A stretch of 62,833 nt of DNA, filler included. It is 4 parts of 4 records of this genome, joined end to end, with 100 filler letters (N's around TTAATTAATTAA, not from the genome) between each part and the next. Parts side by side here need not be neighbours in the genome. Positions count along the whole stretch, not along the records: positions 22,979 to 30,268 come from DRR723986_3138; positions 30,369 to 56,644 come from DRR723986_3140; 2 more parts are not named here. The stretch is one strand, 5' to 3'. The notes under the pieces were generated by a model. It was given only the letters and a program-made list of their open reading frames with translations. It was not told the DNA's origin and did no database searches. Made by a program: the position numbers and the translations under genes. Below are positions 29,545 to 40,899 of this stretch, one piece after another. The stretch's first letter is position 1; each line of letters begins with the position of its first letter.

Positions 29545-30268
29545 ATGTTTCTCTCTGTCTTCGATATGTTCAAAGTTGGTATCGGCCCCTCGTCCTCGCA
29601 TACGATGGGGCCAATGGTGGCAGCGGCCCGGTTTTTGCAGCAGATGCGCGCCGCACCGTTTGAATTTGCCGGTGTGCGCGCCTCGCTGCATGGCAGCCTG
29701 GCCTTTACCGGGGTGGGCCATGCCACCGACCGCGCCACCATTTTGGGCCTGGCAGGCTTTTTGCCCGATACCTACGATCATGCCCGCGCCGAGGCGGTTT
29801 TGGCCCAAATCGCCGAAACCCGCCAGATTGTGGCCGAGGGCCTGCCACCTTTGCAGTTTGATCCCAAAACCAGCCTTGTCTTTGATTATGGCCCCGCCCT
29901 GCCCGGCCACGCCAATGGCATGATCTTGATGGGGCTCGATGCGCAAGGCGATGTGATCTTGCAAGAAACCTATTATTCCATCGGCGGTGGCTTTGTGCTC
30001 AGCGCAGCCGAGCTGGCAGCAGGGCGCGCCACAGACGAGGGCGCGCCAGTGCCCTACCCGTTCAAATCGGCCGCTGAAATGCTAGAAATGGCCAAGGCAT
30101 CGGGCAAAACCATTGCCCAGATGAAACGCGCCAATGAAATCAGCCGCAACGGCGCCCAGGGGCTGGATCGTGGCATCGCCCGCCTTTGGGAGGTGATGAA
30201 CGCCTGCATCGATCGCGGCCTGAACACCGATGGCATTTTGCCCGGCGGGCTGAATGTGCGCCGCCGCG
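29545..30268 (+). CDS. sdaA: L-serine ammonia-lyase (3'-truncated at contig end)
   Basis: SVFDMFKVGIGPSSSHTMGPM, GSLAFTGVGH, YYSIGGGF, GILPGGLNVRRR. Confidence 0.95.
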
Positions 30269-30368
30269 NNNNNNNNNNNNNNNNNNNNNNNNNNNNNNNN
30301 NNNNNNNNNNNNTTAATTAATTAANNNNNNNNNNNNNNNNNNNNNNNNNNNNNNNNNNNNNNNNNNNN
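30269..30368. other. Artificial contig linker
   Basis: N44-TTAATTAATTAA-N44. Confidence 0.99.
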
Positions 30369-31139
<771 letters not shown>

Positions 31140-31479
31140 GTCGCGTTTCTCCCAATATGTCCAGACACCAACCAAAAGGATTTTGGGCGAGCGTCCGAGA
31201 TGACGTCTTTTTTGACTTTTATTTTTGCCACAAACAAGAGCCAGATTTCCGGACCCGTTGTGCGTTTTTTGAAGTTATGCAATAAAACGCCACGAAGCGT
31301 CTGAGACAAACGATAGGTCCATTCCCCCTCGGTTGTCATCCCGGCTGAAACTTTACCAAAAGCCGGTGTGCAGCAAGGCGTGATCTCAACACCATGAACT
31401 CGGCGGCATCGTGCCTGGTATCTGACATCAGCTGAAAAACAAACCGGAGCGGGCTGGTAATCGCGAAAAGAAAATCGAC

Positions 31480-32361
31480 ATGAACTGGGACGACATCCGC
31501 ATCTTTCTCGCGATCGCTCGAACAGGACAAATCCTGGCGGCAGCGCGCCGTCTCGGTCTCAATCACGCCACGGTGGCGCGCAGGCTGACGAGCCTCGAAG
31601 ACAGCATCGGCACACGCCTCTTCGACAGATCAACATCCGGCTGCCTTCTGACGGAAGCCGGCAGCCGGTTCTTTGACCGGGCAGAACGGATCGAAGCCGA
31701 GGCGGTGGCAGCGGAAGCCGACCTGACAAACAACACGCCGGAAATTTCCGGAACCGTTCGCATCGGTGCGCCCGATGGTTTCGGTGTCGCGTATCTTGCG
31801 CCCCGGCTTGGCAAGCTCACGGAAAAACATCCAGGACTGACGGTGCAGCTCGTTCCCGTACCCCGCTCCTTCTCGCTCTCCCGCCGTGAAGCTGATATCG
31901 CCGTGACAATAGACAGGCCAGAAACAGGCAGGCTGGTTGCCGGCAAGCTCGTCGACTATTCGCTCGGCCTTTATGCGTCAAAAACCTATCTGGAAAGCCG
32001 GGGAACGCCTTCCTCCGCAAGCAATCTGATCGACCACGATCTTATTGGTTACGTGGAAGACCTGCTCTACTCGCCATCGCTGAACTATGGCACCGAGATC
32101 CTCAAAGACTGGACCGCACGATTTGAAATCGCCTCCGCACTCGGCCAGACCGAAGCAGTCAGGTCCGGCGCCGGTATCGGCATCCTTCACGATTTCATCG
32201 CGCGCGATAATGCCGATCTGGTCGCAGTTCTCCCGGAGATAAAGCTTCACCGGGCTTACTGGATGGTGACACATGAAAGTTCACGCCCTCTCCGCCATGT
32301 TGCCGCGGCACAGGACTTTCTGCGCGATCAAGTCGCGCGCGACAAGGCGATATTCGGTTAG
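31480..32361 (+). CDS. LysR family transcriptional regulator (divergent from mmsA)
   Basis: MNWDDIRIFLAIAR HTH, GTVRIGAPDG, LSRREADIAV. Confidence 0.95.
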   Translation: MNWDDIRIFLAIARTGQILAAARRLGLNHATVARRLTSLEDSIGTRLFDRSTSGCLLTEAGSRFFDRAERIEAEAVAAEADLTNNTPEISGTVRIGAPDGFGVAYLAPRLGKLTEKHPGLTVQLVPVPRSFSLSRREADIAVTIDRPETGRLVAGKLVDYSLGLYASKTYLESRGTPSSASNLIDHDLIGYVEDLLYSPSLNYGTEILKDWTARFEIASALGQTEAVRSGAGIGILHDFIARDNADLVAVLPEIKLHRAYWMVTHESSRPLRHVAAAQDFLRDQVARDKAIFG

Positions 32362-32388
32362 CCAGGCCGAAGGTGAAACGCGCTCGAC

Positions 32389-32994
32389 CTACCGCCAGGG
32401 ATCTGTCGCCATTATCCATTCCCTGGTGCGTGCTTCCGGATCGGCATTGCGGGTGATGTCGGTGACAACGGCTGCGATATCTGCGCCGTTCTCGAACACA
32501 CCCGGCAGACGCTCCGGATTGAGGCCGCCAATGGCAACAAGCGGCAATTCGCCGATCTGCCGCTTCCACCGACCAACCTTTTCAACGCCTTGAGGCGCCC
32601 ATTTCATTTCTTTCAGGATCGTCGGATAGACAGGCCCCAGCGCGACATAATCGGGCTCGACAGAAAGCGCTGTTTCCAGTTCCTCACCGTCATGGGTTGA
32701 AACGCCAAGTTTCAGCCCCGCCTTGCGAATGGCCGCCACATCGGCGTCAGCAAGGTCTTCCTGACCAAGGTGGACAAAGTCGCAGTCCAGTTCAATCGCG
32801 AGCTGCCAATAATCGTTCACGACAAGTTGGCAGCCGTGCTTCTCGCACACGCTCTTGGATGCTGCGATTTCCTTTCGCAGGACTTCGTCACTCGCGTCCT
32901 TGATGCGCAGTTGAACCAGCTTGACGCCAAGCGGAACCAGCCGCTCGATCCATTCGGAACTGTCGACGATGAGGTAAAAGGGATCGAGCTTCAT
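32389..32994 (-). CDS. thiE: Thiamine-phosphate synthase
   Basis: VQLRIKD, VND, HLGQEDL, GVSTH, GPVYPT..K, VAIGG. Confidence 0.95.
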   Translation of the reverse strand: MKLDPFYLIVDSSEWIERLVPLGVKLVQLRIKDASDEVLRKEIAASKSVCEKHGCQLVVNDYWQLAIELDCDFVHLGQEDLADADVAAIRKAGLKLGVSTHDGEELETALSVEPDYVALGPVYPTILKEMKWAPQGVEKVGRWKRQIGELPLVAIGGLNPERLPGVFENGADIAAVVTDITRNADPEARTREWIMATDPWR

Positions 32995-33773
32995 TCAAAC
33001 ACCGCCATTCCGAGAACCGGGGTAGAAGGAACCGCCATGTCGCGGGGTTCCAGGGGTTGGGCTTCATAGGCCAGGCGACCGGCCTCAATTGCAACTGCAA
33101 AGGCTTTAGCCATTGCGACAGGGTCTCCGGCCTTTGCGACAGCCGTATTCAGCAGTACCGCATCGAAACCGAGTTCCAGAACAGCGGCCGCATGGGACGG
33201 TCTGCCAAGACCGGCATCGACAACAAGTGGGATGCCTCTGAAGTGACTGCGATAAGCACGAAGGGCATCCGGATTGACCGGCCCCTTCGCCGAACCGATT
33301 GGCGCACACCAGGGCATCAACACCTGGCATCCCGCCTCAAGCAACCGTTCGCCGACGACAATATCGTCCGTCGTATAGGGAAACACCTTGAAACCGTCAT
33401 CGCTCAGGATACGTGCGGCTTCCACAAGGCCAAAGACATCCGGCTGCAGGCTGTCGTGATGACCGATCACTTCCAGCTTGATCCAGTCGGTTCCAAATAG
33501 GTCGCGCGCCATTTTAGCGGTGGTGACGGCTTCCTTCACCGAATGACATCCGGCAGTGTTGGGCAGCACCTTGACCTTCAGTTCCCGGATCAGGTCCCAG
33601 AACCGGCCGCCTCCGCCACTTCCCGCCGTTTCGCGCCGAAGGGACACCGTCAGAATTTCAGCCCCGGATACCTTCACCGCGTCCGACAGAATTTGGGGTG
33701 ATGGGTACTGGGCAGTTCCAAGCAGGAAACGCGACGCAACGCTTTCGCCATAAACTTCAAACATGGGCGTCAT
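32991..33773 (-). CDS. thiG: Thiazole synthase
   Basis: [35 protein letters not shown] overlap with thiS. Confidence 0.95.
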   Translation of the reverse strand: MTPMFEVYGESVASRFLLGTAQYPSPQILSDAVKVSGAEILTVSLRRETAGSGGGGRFWDLIRELKVKVLPNTAGCHSVKEAVTTAKMARDLFGTDWIKLEVIGHHDSLQPDVFGLVEAARILSDDGFKVFPYTTDDIVVGERLLEAGCQVLMPWCAPIGSAKGPVNPDALRAYRSHFRGIPLVVDAGLGRPSHAAAVLELGFDAVLLNTAVAKAGDPVAMAKAFAVAIEAGRLAYEAQPLEPRDMAVPSTPVLGMAVFE

Positions 33774-33967
33774 CCTCCCTGCATTGGCGACAGGATCTCG
33801 ATACGGTCGCCAGCTTGAAGGACGCAAACGCTTCGTTCTTCAGCACAAACCAGATCGCCGTTGCGTGCCGTTGCAAGAAACTCATGGTCATAGGCAAGTT
33901 CGTCCAGAAGCGCAGCCAGCGTCGCGCTGACAACTTCCTGAGGTTCGCCGTTAATGGTTAGCTTCAA
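33770..33967 (-). CDS. thiS: Sulfur carrier protein ThiS
   Basis: KLTINGE...[13 protein letters not shown] with C-terminal GG; TTG start 33967. Confidence 0.92.
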   Translation of the reverse strand: MKLTINGEPQEVVSATLAALLDELAYDHEFLATARNGDLVCAEERSVCVLQAGDRIEILSPMQGG

Positions 33968-34928
33968 GGGACTTCTCCTGAAGGTGTTGCACGATCCTGT
34001 CTGCCGCCTCCATGGCAAAATGCGGAGCAAGCAGGAAGCCGTGCCGGTAGAATCCGTTCATTGACAACGTGTTGCCGGTAAACGTGAGACGAGGAAGATT
34101 GTTTGGATATGCCGAGCGAAGGCCCACCCCGGTTTCGATGATCTTTGCCTCCGCAAATCCCGGATGCAGGCTGTAGGCGGCATTTAGAAGTTCCATGGTG
34201 GACCGAACACTGACCGCTCCCTGGTCACCGCTTTCGATCATGGTTGCCCCGACCATGAAGACACCGCTGTCACGAGGCACCACATAGACCGGGATGCGCG
34301 GGTGCAGAAAACGCACCGGCCGCGAAAGCGAGACATCCGGCGCGTGGAGGATCAGCATTTCACCGCGTACGGGACGCAAGTGCGGATCCGGCGAGGCCAT
34401 GCCGGTACAATCGGCGACAAGATCGGTCGCCGCGGTGAAGTGCTGCGCCTCTAACCTCACCTTGGCACCGCTTTCAGACACCTTTGCCCGCAATGCAGTG
34501 AGGGCCCGCCGCGGATCGAGATGGGCTTCTCCGGCAAAATGGAGCCCCTTTGCAAATCGGCCTGCGAGGTCTGGCTCGAGTGCGCCCAGCGCGTCAGCAT
34601 CGAGCCAGGCAAAGCCGCTGGTTCGAGAAGCAAAGCGACTTAACTCGCCGGTATCGCGCGGCGCGGCAACAACCAGCGTGCCATTGTGCCGGACCTGTCC
34701 CGGCAGGACCTTGCTCCACCAGCCTATGGAGGCTTGACCGAGCCGCAGAACATCTTCCTCGGCACTTTCCCGCTCACACCATGGCGCCAACATGCCGCCT
34801 GCGAGCCAGGAGGCACTGGTGGTGAGATCCTTGTGTTTTTCCAGCAGCTCCACCCGCACACCGCGCGAGACAAGCTCATGTGCCAGTGCCAGACCGGCGA
34901 CACCCGCCCCTTTGATACCGACCTTCAT
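33951..34928 (-). CDS. thiO: Glycine oxidase
   Basis: GAGVAG, ASWLAGGMLAP, RPVRGEM, GFYRHGFLLAP; first gene of thiOSGE. Confidence 0.93.
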   Translation of the reverse strand: MKVGIKGAGVAGLALAHELVSRGVRVELLEKHKDLTTSASWLAGGMLAPWCERESAEEDVLRLGQASIGWWSKVLPGQVRHNGTLVVAAPRDTGELSRFASRTSGFAWLDADALGALEPDLAGRFAKGLHFAGEAHLDPRRALTALRAKVSESGAKVRLEAQHFTAATDLVADCTGMASPDPHLRPVRGEMLILHAPDVSLSRPVRFLHPRIPVYVVPRDSGVFMVGATMIESGDQGAVSVRSTMELLNAAYSLHPGFAEAKIIETGVGLRSAYPNNLPRLTFTGNTLSMNGFYRHGFLLAPHFAMEAADRIVQHLQEKSLEANH

Positions 34929-35102
34929 TCCGCCTCTCCTGCCAGGGTGGACATCAGTCGTTCGACATCACGGAATGTCTGGTAGCCCGCTTGCATTCAA
35001 CGGATCTCCGCAAGGACCGGAAAAGGGCCCGCATTTCGGACATTCGGCTTGGAAAGGTGGCCGGGTTGGAGCATTGCCGTGGCAAACGCAGCTGGCCGAG
35101 AA

Positions 35103-35206
35103 CACCTTCCCTTCGCCAGCATGACCTGGATCAGGTTCGTCGGGTCCCTGCACTGCGCAAGTGCGCCAGCAGTATCTCAGCCTCTTCTGGAGGCACCCCG
35201 GGTGAG
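35103..35206 (-). ncRNA. TPP (thi-box) riboswitch
   Basis: Minus strand reads CGGGGTGCC...GGCTGAGA...ACCCG..GAACCTGATCCAGGTCATGCTGGCGAAGGGAAG, upstream of thiO. Confidence 0.95.
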
Positions 35207-35257
35207 CCCCTGTTGTGCCGCCCGTCAGGCGCACCTGTCAAGAGACAGGATGAGCCC

Positions 35258-35782
35258 TCATCCTTGTTGCCAGAGGCGCGCCAGAAAGTCGTCGATTTCG
35301 GCAAGGGTGTTGAACCGATAGACTTTCAGATGATCCGGAGGTTCGCGGTAGATGTGCTCCAGCTTGGCTCTGGCGGAGTGTCTCGTTCGCCAGATGAACC
35401 TCAGGAATTCAACAGTTTGCCAGTTGAACTGCTCCGGGCAGCCCTCGGCCAGATCCGGACGGCTTTGCCCATTGTATTTCACCGACCGTTTCAGCACTCG
35501 AAATATGCGGCGCATTACCGGGACATCGAGCCAGATGAAAGTGTCGGCACGTTCGATACGTTCCGCATAGGTGCTTGAATGACCGCCCTCGAAGATCCAC
35601 ACATCCTTCAGATGGACCTCATGCGTCAGCCGGTCTTTCTCTTCCCGCGTCCGCTCGTTCCAACCGGAGCGGTAGTGGATCTTGTCCATATGATAGACCG
35701 GCAGTCCGGTTTTCCGCCCAAGGGCAACGGCAAGCGTGCTTTTGCCCGAGCCCGGGCCGCCAACGATCATCACGCGTTTCAT
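35258..35782 (-). CDS. P-loop NTPase, DNA topology modulation protein FlaR-like / adenylate-kinase-like
   Basis: MKRVMIVGGPGSGKST, WIFEGG, RADTFIWLD, RPDLAEGCPE. Confidence 0.85.
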   Translation of the reverse strand: MKRVMIVGGPGSGKSTLAVALGRKTGLPVYHMDKIHYRSGWNERTREEKDRLTHEVHLKDVWIFEGGHSSTYAERIERADTFIWLDVPVMRRIFRVLKRSVKYNGQSRPDLAEGCPEQFNWQTVEFLRFIWRTRHSARAKLEHIYREPPDHLKVYRFNTLAEIDDFLARLWQQG

Positions 35783-35928
35783 GTCGCACCAAACAAAAGC
35801 AAGGAAGGGCCGGTCGTTATACAGATTGTGCAAGGGATGAAAACCCGAAACAGACTGTTCAATGGACACTTCGGCTTCGCTGGCCCTATCTAGTTTGCAA
35901 GACAGAATGTTCTTTGATGGAGAGGCAG

Positions 35929-36864
35929 ATGAGCTGGTTAAATTGCCCTGATCCCGTACCGGGAAATGCTGCAAGCTGTGACCCGATTGAAACGATCATC
36001 GTACCGCGGACATCCGACCTCGGCGGATTTTCGGTAAGACGTGCCTTGCCCTCCGCCAGGCGGCGGATGGTTGGCCCGTTTATCTTCTTCGACCAGATGG
36101 GCCCGGCAGAACTTTTGGTCGGCGGCGGTATCGACGTGCGCCCGCATCCTCACATCGGGTTGGCGACAGTTACCTATCTCTTCGAAGGAGAGATGTATCA
36201 TCGTGACAGCCTTGGAACGGAGATTGCGATTGCCCCCGGTGCTCTGAACTGGATGAGCGCCGGCAAGGGCATCGTGCATTCCGAACGTGAGAGGCCGGAA
36301 CGCCTGCAGGAAAAACGTCCCCTGTTCGGCCTGCAGAGCTGGGTGGCCCTGCCCAAACACCTGGAAGAGACCGACCCGACCTTCCAGCACCACGGCACCG
36401 AAGAACAGCCGGAATTTGCCGACAAGGGCGCTTCAGTCAAACTTATCGCGGGCGAGCTTTATGGCCACAAGGCACCGGTAAAGACAGCGTCCGACATGTT
36501 CTATGCCGATATCACGCTGGAACCGGGAGCGAAGATCCCGCTGGATGCCGGATGGGAAGAGCGCGGCCTTTACACGGTCTCGGGCCAGATCACCATCGCC
36601 GGCCAGAATTTCGATCCGGCCCAGCTGCTGGTGTTCAAACCGGGTGATCATCTGGTGATCGAAAACACGTCTCCCGTGCCGGCTCGTTTCGTAGTGCTTG
36701 GCGGCGAACCGATGGACGGCCGGCGTTATATCTGGTGGAACTTTGTGTCTTCATCGAAAGAGCGCATCGAGCAGGCCAAGGAAGACTGGCGTCTTGGCCG
36801 TTTCGATACGGTACCCGGCGATGCGGAAGAGTTCATTCCCTTGCCTGACCGTCCGGGGCCCTGA
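35929..36864 (+). CDS. Pirin family protein
   Basis: VRRALP, GPFIFFDQMGP, HPHIGLATVTYL, HSE, WWNFVSS. Confidence 0.95.
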   Translation: MSWLNCPDPVPGNAASCDPIETIIVPRTSDLGGFSVRRALPSARRRMVGPFIFFDQMGPAELLVGGGIDVRPHPHIGLATVTYLFEGEMYHRDSLGTEIAIAPGALNWMSAGKGIVHSERERPERLQEKRPLFGLQSWVALPKHLEETDPTFQHHGTEEQPEFADKGASVKLIAGELYGHKAPVKTASDMFYADITLEPGAKIPLDAGWEERGLYTVSGQITIAGQNFDPAQLLVFKPGDHLVIENTSPVPARFVVLGGEPMDGRRYIWWNFVSSSKERIEQAKEDWRLGRFDTVPGDAEEFIPLPDRPGP

Positions 36865-37810
36865 CACTCCAGCCGCTTTCCAGTGGCGGTGCTTTTTCAA
36901 ACCTGTCGGCGGGCCGGATAAGGTCCGGCTCGCCAAAGTCCAGAATGATGTTGAGCCGTTGGCTTGCCAGCGGGTCCCCCGTCAGATTTGGATCTTCCGG
37001 CGAAACCGACAGCCGCACGCCCCGGTGTGTCGTCTCCAGTTGCCTGAACCCGGAAACCGCCTCGCGAAACACTTCCGGAACCGTCCAGCCATACCGAAGC
37101 GAGAGGGCGTCGATCACCAGCCAGACCGCATCAAGGCCGATCTGCATCTGGCGCGGATCCTCCACCACCAGCTTCAGCCGCAGATAATCGATGCTTTTTT
37201 CCGATGGGCCGCGCAGCAGAAAGAAAAGGGTTGTCGAGCCGTAGTCGACGCTGGGTGTGGTCAAGGGCACCAGGTCGGATGCACATTGCCAACGGCCTTC
37301 ACTGAAAGGTGCCCGGCTCCAGCCGGGGTTTCCGAGCCCCAGAGACCGTAATTCGTCGCATAGCTGATCCGGCTGGCCCAGGAAGCTGCGTTTCAGCTCC
37401 GCAGAAAGTTCCGGTTCCGGAGCCAGCAGCACCTGCTTGGCCGGAGACTGCAGGGAAGAAAGCGGATCAGGCATCAAGGGGGCGGTTGCAACGCTTTCCT
37501 CACTCCCTTGCCCGGCAAGGTGCAGGAACAGGCCGCCAACGGCGAAACCGGCAGCCAGCAACGCCAGGGTTCCCCAGATGTAGTACGGCGTCACCTGAGC
37601 ACGTTTACGAGATCTGGACGCGCGGGTTGGCAGGCCGGGCCTCCTGGGCTCGCCTCCTTCAGACAGAGTTTCCATGTCCGGCTCGGCCCAGCGCGGGCCC
37701 TTGGAACGGTGCCCCGGCCTCGACCTGGATTGCGCCCCCCTACCCGTCCGGTCTGCCGACATTGCAGCCGATCCAAGCAAATGCCTGAGCTTGTCTGCGA
37801 AACCTGCCAT
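36833..37810 (-). CDS. Single-pass membrane hypothetical protein
   Basis: Basic N-tail, one TM (YIWGTLALLAAGFAVGGLFL), periplasmic domain with a Cys pair (LCDEL, WQCAS); start uncertain. Confidence 0.7.
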   Translation of the reverse strand: MAGFADKLRHLLGSAAMSADRTGRGAQSRSRPGHRSKGPRWAEPDMETLSEGGEPRRPGLPTRASRSRKRAQVTPYYIWGTLALLAAGFAVGGLFLHLAGQGSEESVATAPLMPDPLSSLQSPAKQVLLAPEPELSAELKRSFLGQPDQLCDELRSLGLGNPGWSRAPFSEGRWQCASDLVPLTTPSVDYGSTTLFFLLRGPSEKSIDYLRLKLVVEDPRQMQIGLDAVWLVIDALSLRYGWTVPEVFREAVSGFRQLETTHRGVRLSVSPEDPNLTGDPLASQRLNIILDFGEPDLIRPADRFEKAPPLESGWSVRAPDGQARE

Positions 37811-37975
37811 TCAGTCCCTTAACACCACGATCCTCAACCGAGTGGTCAAGGGCACGGGATTTATCAAACCAATACCTTGAAAAGGCAACCGGATACCTGT
37901 CATGTAAGCGCCGCTTCCACGGTCGCGCAGCCAAACGTAACGCTCGCACCCGAACCAGAACCAAAGAGGCCCCGA

Positions 37976-38683
37976 ATGCCCACCTTTCCAGGTGACACAC
38001 CTGACCTGCGCCGTGCGATCATCGAGACAGCCCGCGCCTTGCCTCGTCTCGGACTGACCAAGGGCACGTCAGGAAATGTCAGTGCACGCACCGAATCCGG
38101 TTTTTTGGTGACGCCATCGGGAACGCCTTACGAAAATCTGACTGAAGACAAGATCGTCGCGCTGGACTGGGAGGGCTGCTACCGCGGCGAGACACTACCG
38201 TCTTCCGAATGGCGGATGCATCTTGACTTCTATCTGGCGAAGCCGGATTGCGGCGCGGTGGTGCATTGCCATAGTCCTCGCGCGACCGCCCTGTCCTGTC
38301 ACCGGCGCGGTATTCCTGCATTTCACTATATGGTGGCGCTTGCCGGTGGCGACCGTATCGAATGCGCCCATTACGCCACCTTCGGCACCCGTGGATTGTC
38401 CGAGGCAATGATTTCAGCACTTGGCGACAGAAACGCCTGCCTGCTTGCAAATCATGGGCAGATCGCCGGTGGAGCAACCTTGCAGAAGGCGCTGTCGACC
38501 GCGGAAGGCGTGGAAGATCTGGCAGACCAGTATCTATCAGCCCTGATCCTGGGTGAACCTGTGATACTGGATGCGGAAGAAATGACCGCGATCTTGAAAA
38601 AATTCAAAACCTACGGAAAACAAACAAGCGAACTTGAAGACGGCCAGACAGCTGCCTTCGAACTGCCAAGACGGATGGACTGA
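37976..38683 (+). CDS. Class II aldolase/adducin family (L-fuculose-phosphate aldolase-like)
   Basis: GTSGNVS, VTPSG, PSSEWRMH, VVHCHS, LLANHG. Confidence 0.92.
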   Translation: MPTFPGDTPDLRRAIIETARALPRLGLTKGTSGNVSARTESGFLVTPSGTPYENLTEDKIVALDWEGCYRGETLPSSEWRMHLDFYLAKPDCGAVVHCHSPRATALSCHRRGIPAFHYMVALAGGDRIECAHYATFGTRGLSEAMISALGDRNACLLANHGQIAGGATLQKALSTAEGVEDLADQYLSALILGEPVILDAEEMTAILKKFKTYGKQTSELEDGQTAAFELPRRMD

Positions 38684-38685
38684 AA

Positions 38686-39579
38686 ATGCGGCTGGGAATT
38701 GACTGGGGTGGAACCAAGATCGAAATCATCGCTCTTTCCAACGAGGGCGAGGAACTGTTCCGGCAACGGGTCGACACACCCAGGGACGACTATGAAGGTT
38801 GTCTGGAAGCAGTCCGTTTTCTGGTCGAGGCAGCCGAAAAGGCAACTGGACAGACGGGAACGCTCGGTCTTGGAATTCCCGGTTCGCTTTCCCCCAAGAC
38901 AGGTCTGGTCAAGAACGCCAATTCCACCTGGATGAACGGCAAGCCCCTGGACCAGGACCTGCAGAGGGTTCTTGGCCGCCCGGTGCGTATCCAGAATGAC
39001 GCAAACTGTCTGGCTGTTTCCGAAGCGACCGATGGCGCAGGTGCTGGAGCGCATATCGTTCACGCTATCATCATCGGCACAGGCAGCGGCTCGGGCATCG
39101 CCATCGACGCGAAAGCCCATCTTGGTGCCAACGGCATCGGTGGCGAATGGGGAGCGATCACCGTGCCCTGGCTAAAGCCGGAGGAGTATCCGGGTCCCGA
39201 CAGCTGGATCGGCCACAAGGGCGCCATCGATCGCTGGTGTTCGGGAACGGGTTTTCAGCTCGACTACAAGGACAGGTCGGGAACGCTGCTGAAAGGCCAT
39301 GAGATCATGGCGCTGAAACGCTCCGGCGACGTGGTGGCAACTGCCGTCTACGAGGCTTATGTCAGCCGTCTTGCCCGTGCGCTTGCAATGTCGGCTAATC
39401 TGCTCGATCCGGATGTATTCGTCCTGGGTGGTGGCATGTCGAATATCGACGAGCTTTATGCCGACCTTCCCCCCGCGATGACGCCTTACATCTTCTCCGA
39501 TACCTTCGAGACACCGATCCGCAAGGCTATGCACGGCGACAGCTCTGGTGTGCGGGGAGCAGCCTGGCTCTGGGGGTGA
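38686..39579 (+). CDS. ROK family sugar kinase (Mak/fructokinase-like)
   Basis: GIDWGGTKIE, KNANST, NDANC..SEA.DGAG, VLGGGMSN, HGDSSGVRGAAWLW. Confidence 0.92.
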   Translation: MRLGIDWGGTKIEIIALSNEGEELFRQRVDTPRDDYEGCLEAVRFLVEAAEKATGQTGTLGLGIPGSLSPKTGLVKNANSTWMNGKPLDQDLQRVLGRPVRIQNDANCLAVSEATDGAGAGAHIVHAIIIGTGSGSGIAIDAKAHLGANGIGGEWGAITVPWLKPEEYPGPDSWIGHKGAIDRWCSGTGFQLDYKDRSGTLLKGHEIMALKRSGDVVATAVYEAYVSRLARALAMSANLLDPDVFVLGGGMSNIDELYADLPPAMTPYIFSDTFETPIRKAMHGDSSGVRGAAWLWG

Positions 39580-39653
39580 GAAATCACCTGGAACCCAAAG
39601 ACGACAAACCGATCCCGCGAGTTGCGGGATCGGTTCTTAGGGGTATGGCAAGA

Positions 39654-40655
39654 CTAGCTTGACTTTTTCGCTCCAGCGCCGCGCCCTTTGCTGACGAGCA
39701 CAATCCCTGCCCCGACAGCTGCGACGGCCGCCAGTTTCGCCAAGTTTGGCACTTCACCAAAGGCGAAATATCCAAGGCCAAGACCAATCACCGCGGCAAC
39801 GGAGCCAATCTGGCTGAGATAGACAGGCCCGGCTGTGTGCTGCAGGCGAAAATACAGCCCGTACTGAAAAGCGAATATCGTTATTTGGGCTGCCAGCAGG
39901 CCTGTGGCCTCCAGTGACCAGGTGCCGGGCACAACGGGGATACCGACCATGACAGTAAATAATCCGAGTGCCGCAAACCCGACCAGCATCATGCCGAGAG
40001 CAAGATTGACCGGCCTTGCGCCTGCTGGCCACTTCACCGTGCGAAAAATGTTACCGGAAGCCAGGAATACAGGGATCGACAGAGCAAACATCGCCCACCA
40101 GGAGGCATCCACGGAAAGCTGACGGCCAGACGCCGCCAGCAAGATGCCGCCAGCCAGACCGAACAGAACGCCAACCCCACGCAGAACCTGAAACTTCTCC
40201 AGGCGCAACAGGACAGCAAATCCATAAGTCAGAACCAGCGGAAAAGCGTAGCTCAGGGAGACAAACCCCGCCCCGACCTTTGGCGCAGCAACCACTGCGA
40301 TCATGTTCGGGGCAATGAACAGGAGACCGCTGACCAGCAGGTAGAAGGCAAACTGGCCCCGGCTGACACCTGTGTCCCCTTTGGTGGCCATACTTCCTCC
40401 GGCTGCAATCCTGCTAATAACGAACAAACCCGCAGCACCGCCAAGGATGGACCACTGCAACAGGGCCAAAGGATGCCACCCGGTCATGGGGGCGGCCTTG
40501 GCAATCACCGTGGATACGGCGAGAAAACCACCGACAATCAACAACAGCACCAACGGCTGATCCAAAGGACTTTCACGCCTCTCGCCTGAAAGAGAAGCTT
40601 GTTGCTGCAGGGAAGCCGTACTTGCGGATGTTCCTAATCTGGTCGTGTCCACCAT
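39654..40655 (-). CDS. DMT/EamA family transporter (PecM-like position)
   Basis: About 10 hydrophobic helices; AGPVYLSQIG; ATG 40655 follows a GAGGAAGG RBS; divergent from the MarR gene. Confidence 0.85.
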   Translation of the reverse strand: MVDTTRLGTSASTASLQQQASLSGERRESPLDQPLVLLLIVGGFLAVSTVIAKAAPMTGWHPLALLQWSILGGAAGLFVISRIAAGGSMATKGDTGVSRGQFAFYLLVSGLLFIAPNMIAVVAAPKVGAGFVSLSYAFPLVLTYGFAVLLRLEKFQVLRGVGVLFGLAGGILLAASGRQLSVDASWWAMFALSIPVFLASGNIFRTVKWPAGARPVNLALGMMLVGFAALGLFTVMVGIPVVPGTWSLEATGLLAAQITIFAFQYGLYFRLQHTAGPVYLSQIGSVAAVIGLGLGYFAFGEVPNLAKLAAVAAVGAGIVLVSKGRGAGAKKSS

Positions 40656-40724
40656 GGGACTGTCCTTCCTCACAATTTGGCGCTTGCTTGATGCTGCACC
40701 GTTGCCAGAACAGATAACGCATTT

Positions 40725-40769
40725 TATCTTGATTTCAAGATACTTAATTTCAAGATTCTTGACATCAGT
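40725..40769. promoter_or_regulatory. MarR/PecS-type operator array
   Basis: Perfect palindrome TATCTTGA-TT-TCAAGATA (40725-40742) plus degenerate copies CTTAATTTCAAG and CTTGACATCAGT at 15-bp period, between the divergent DMT and MarR genes. Confidence 0.75.
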
Positions 40770-40899
40770 TGACAGAACCACCCGAAACAGCGAGTATCGG
40801 AACAACAAAAACAGTCGATATGTCAGCTAGTTACGCAACCTCTTGTTCCCTTGTAAAAAAGTGCGTCATCTGACTGGAAATGATCTGGAGTTTCCGACC

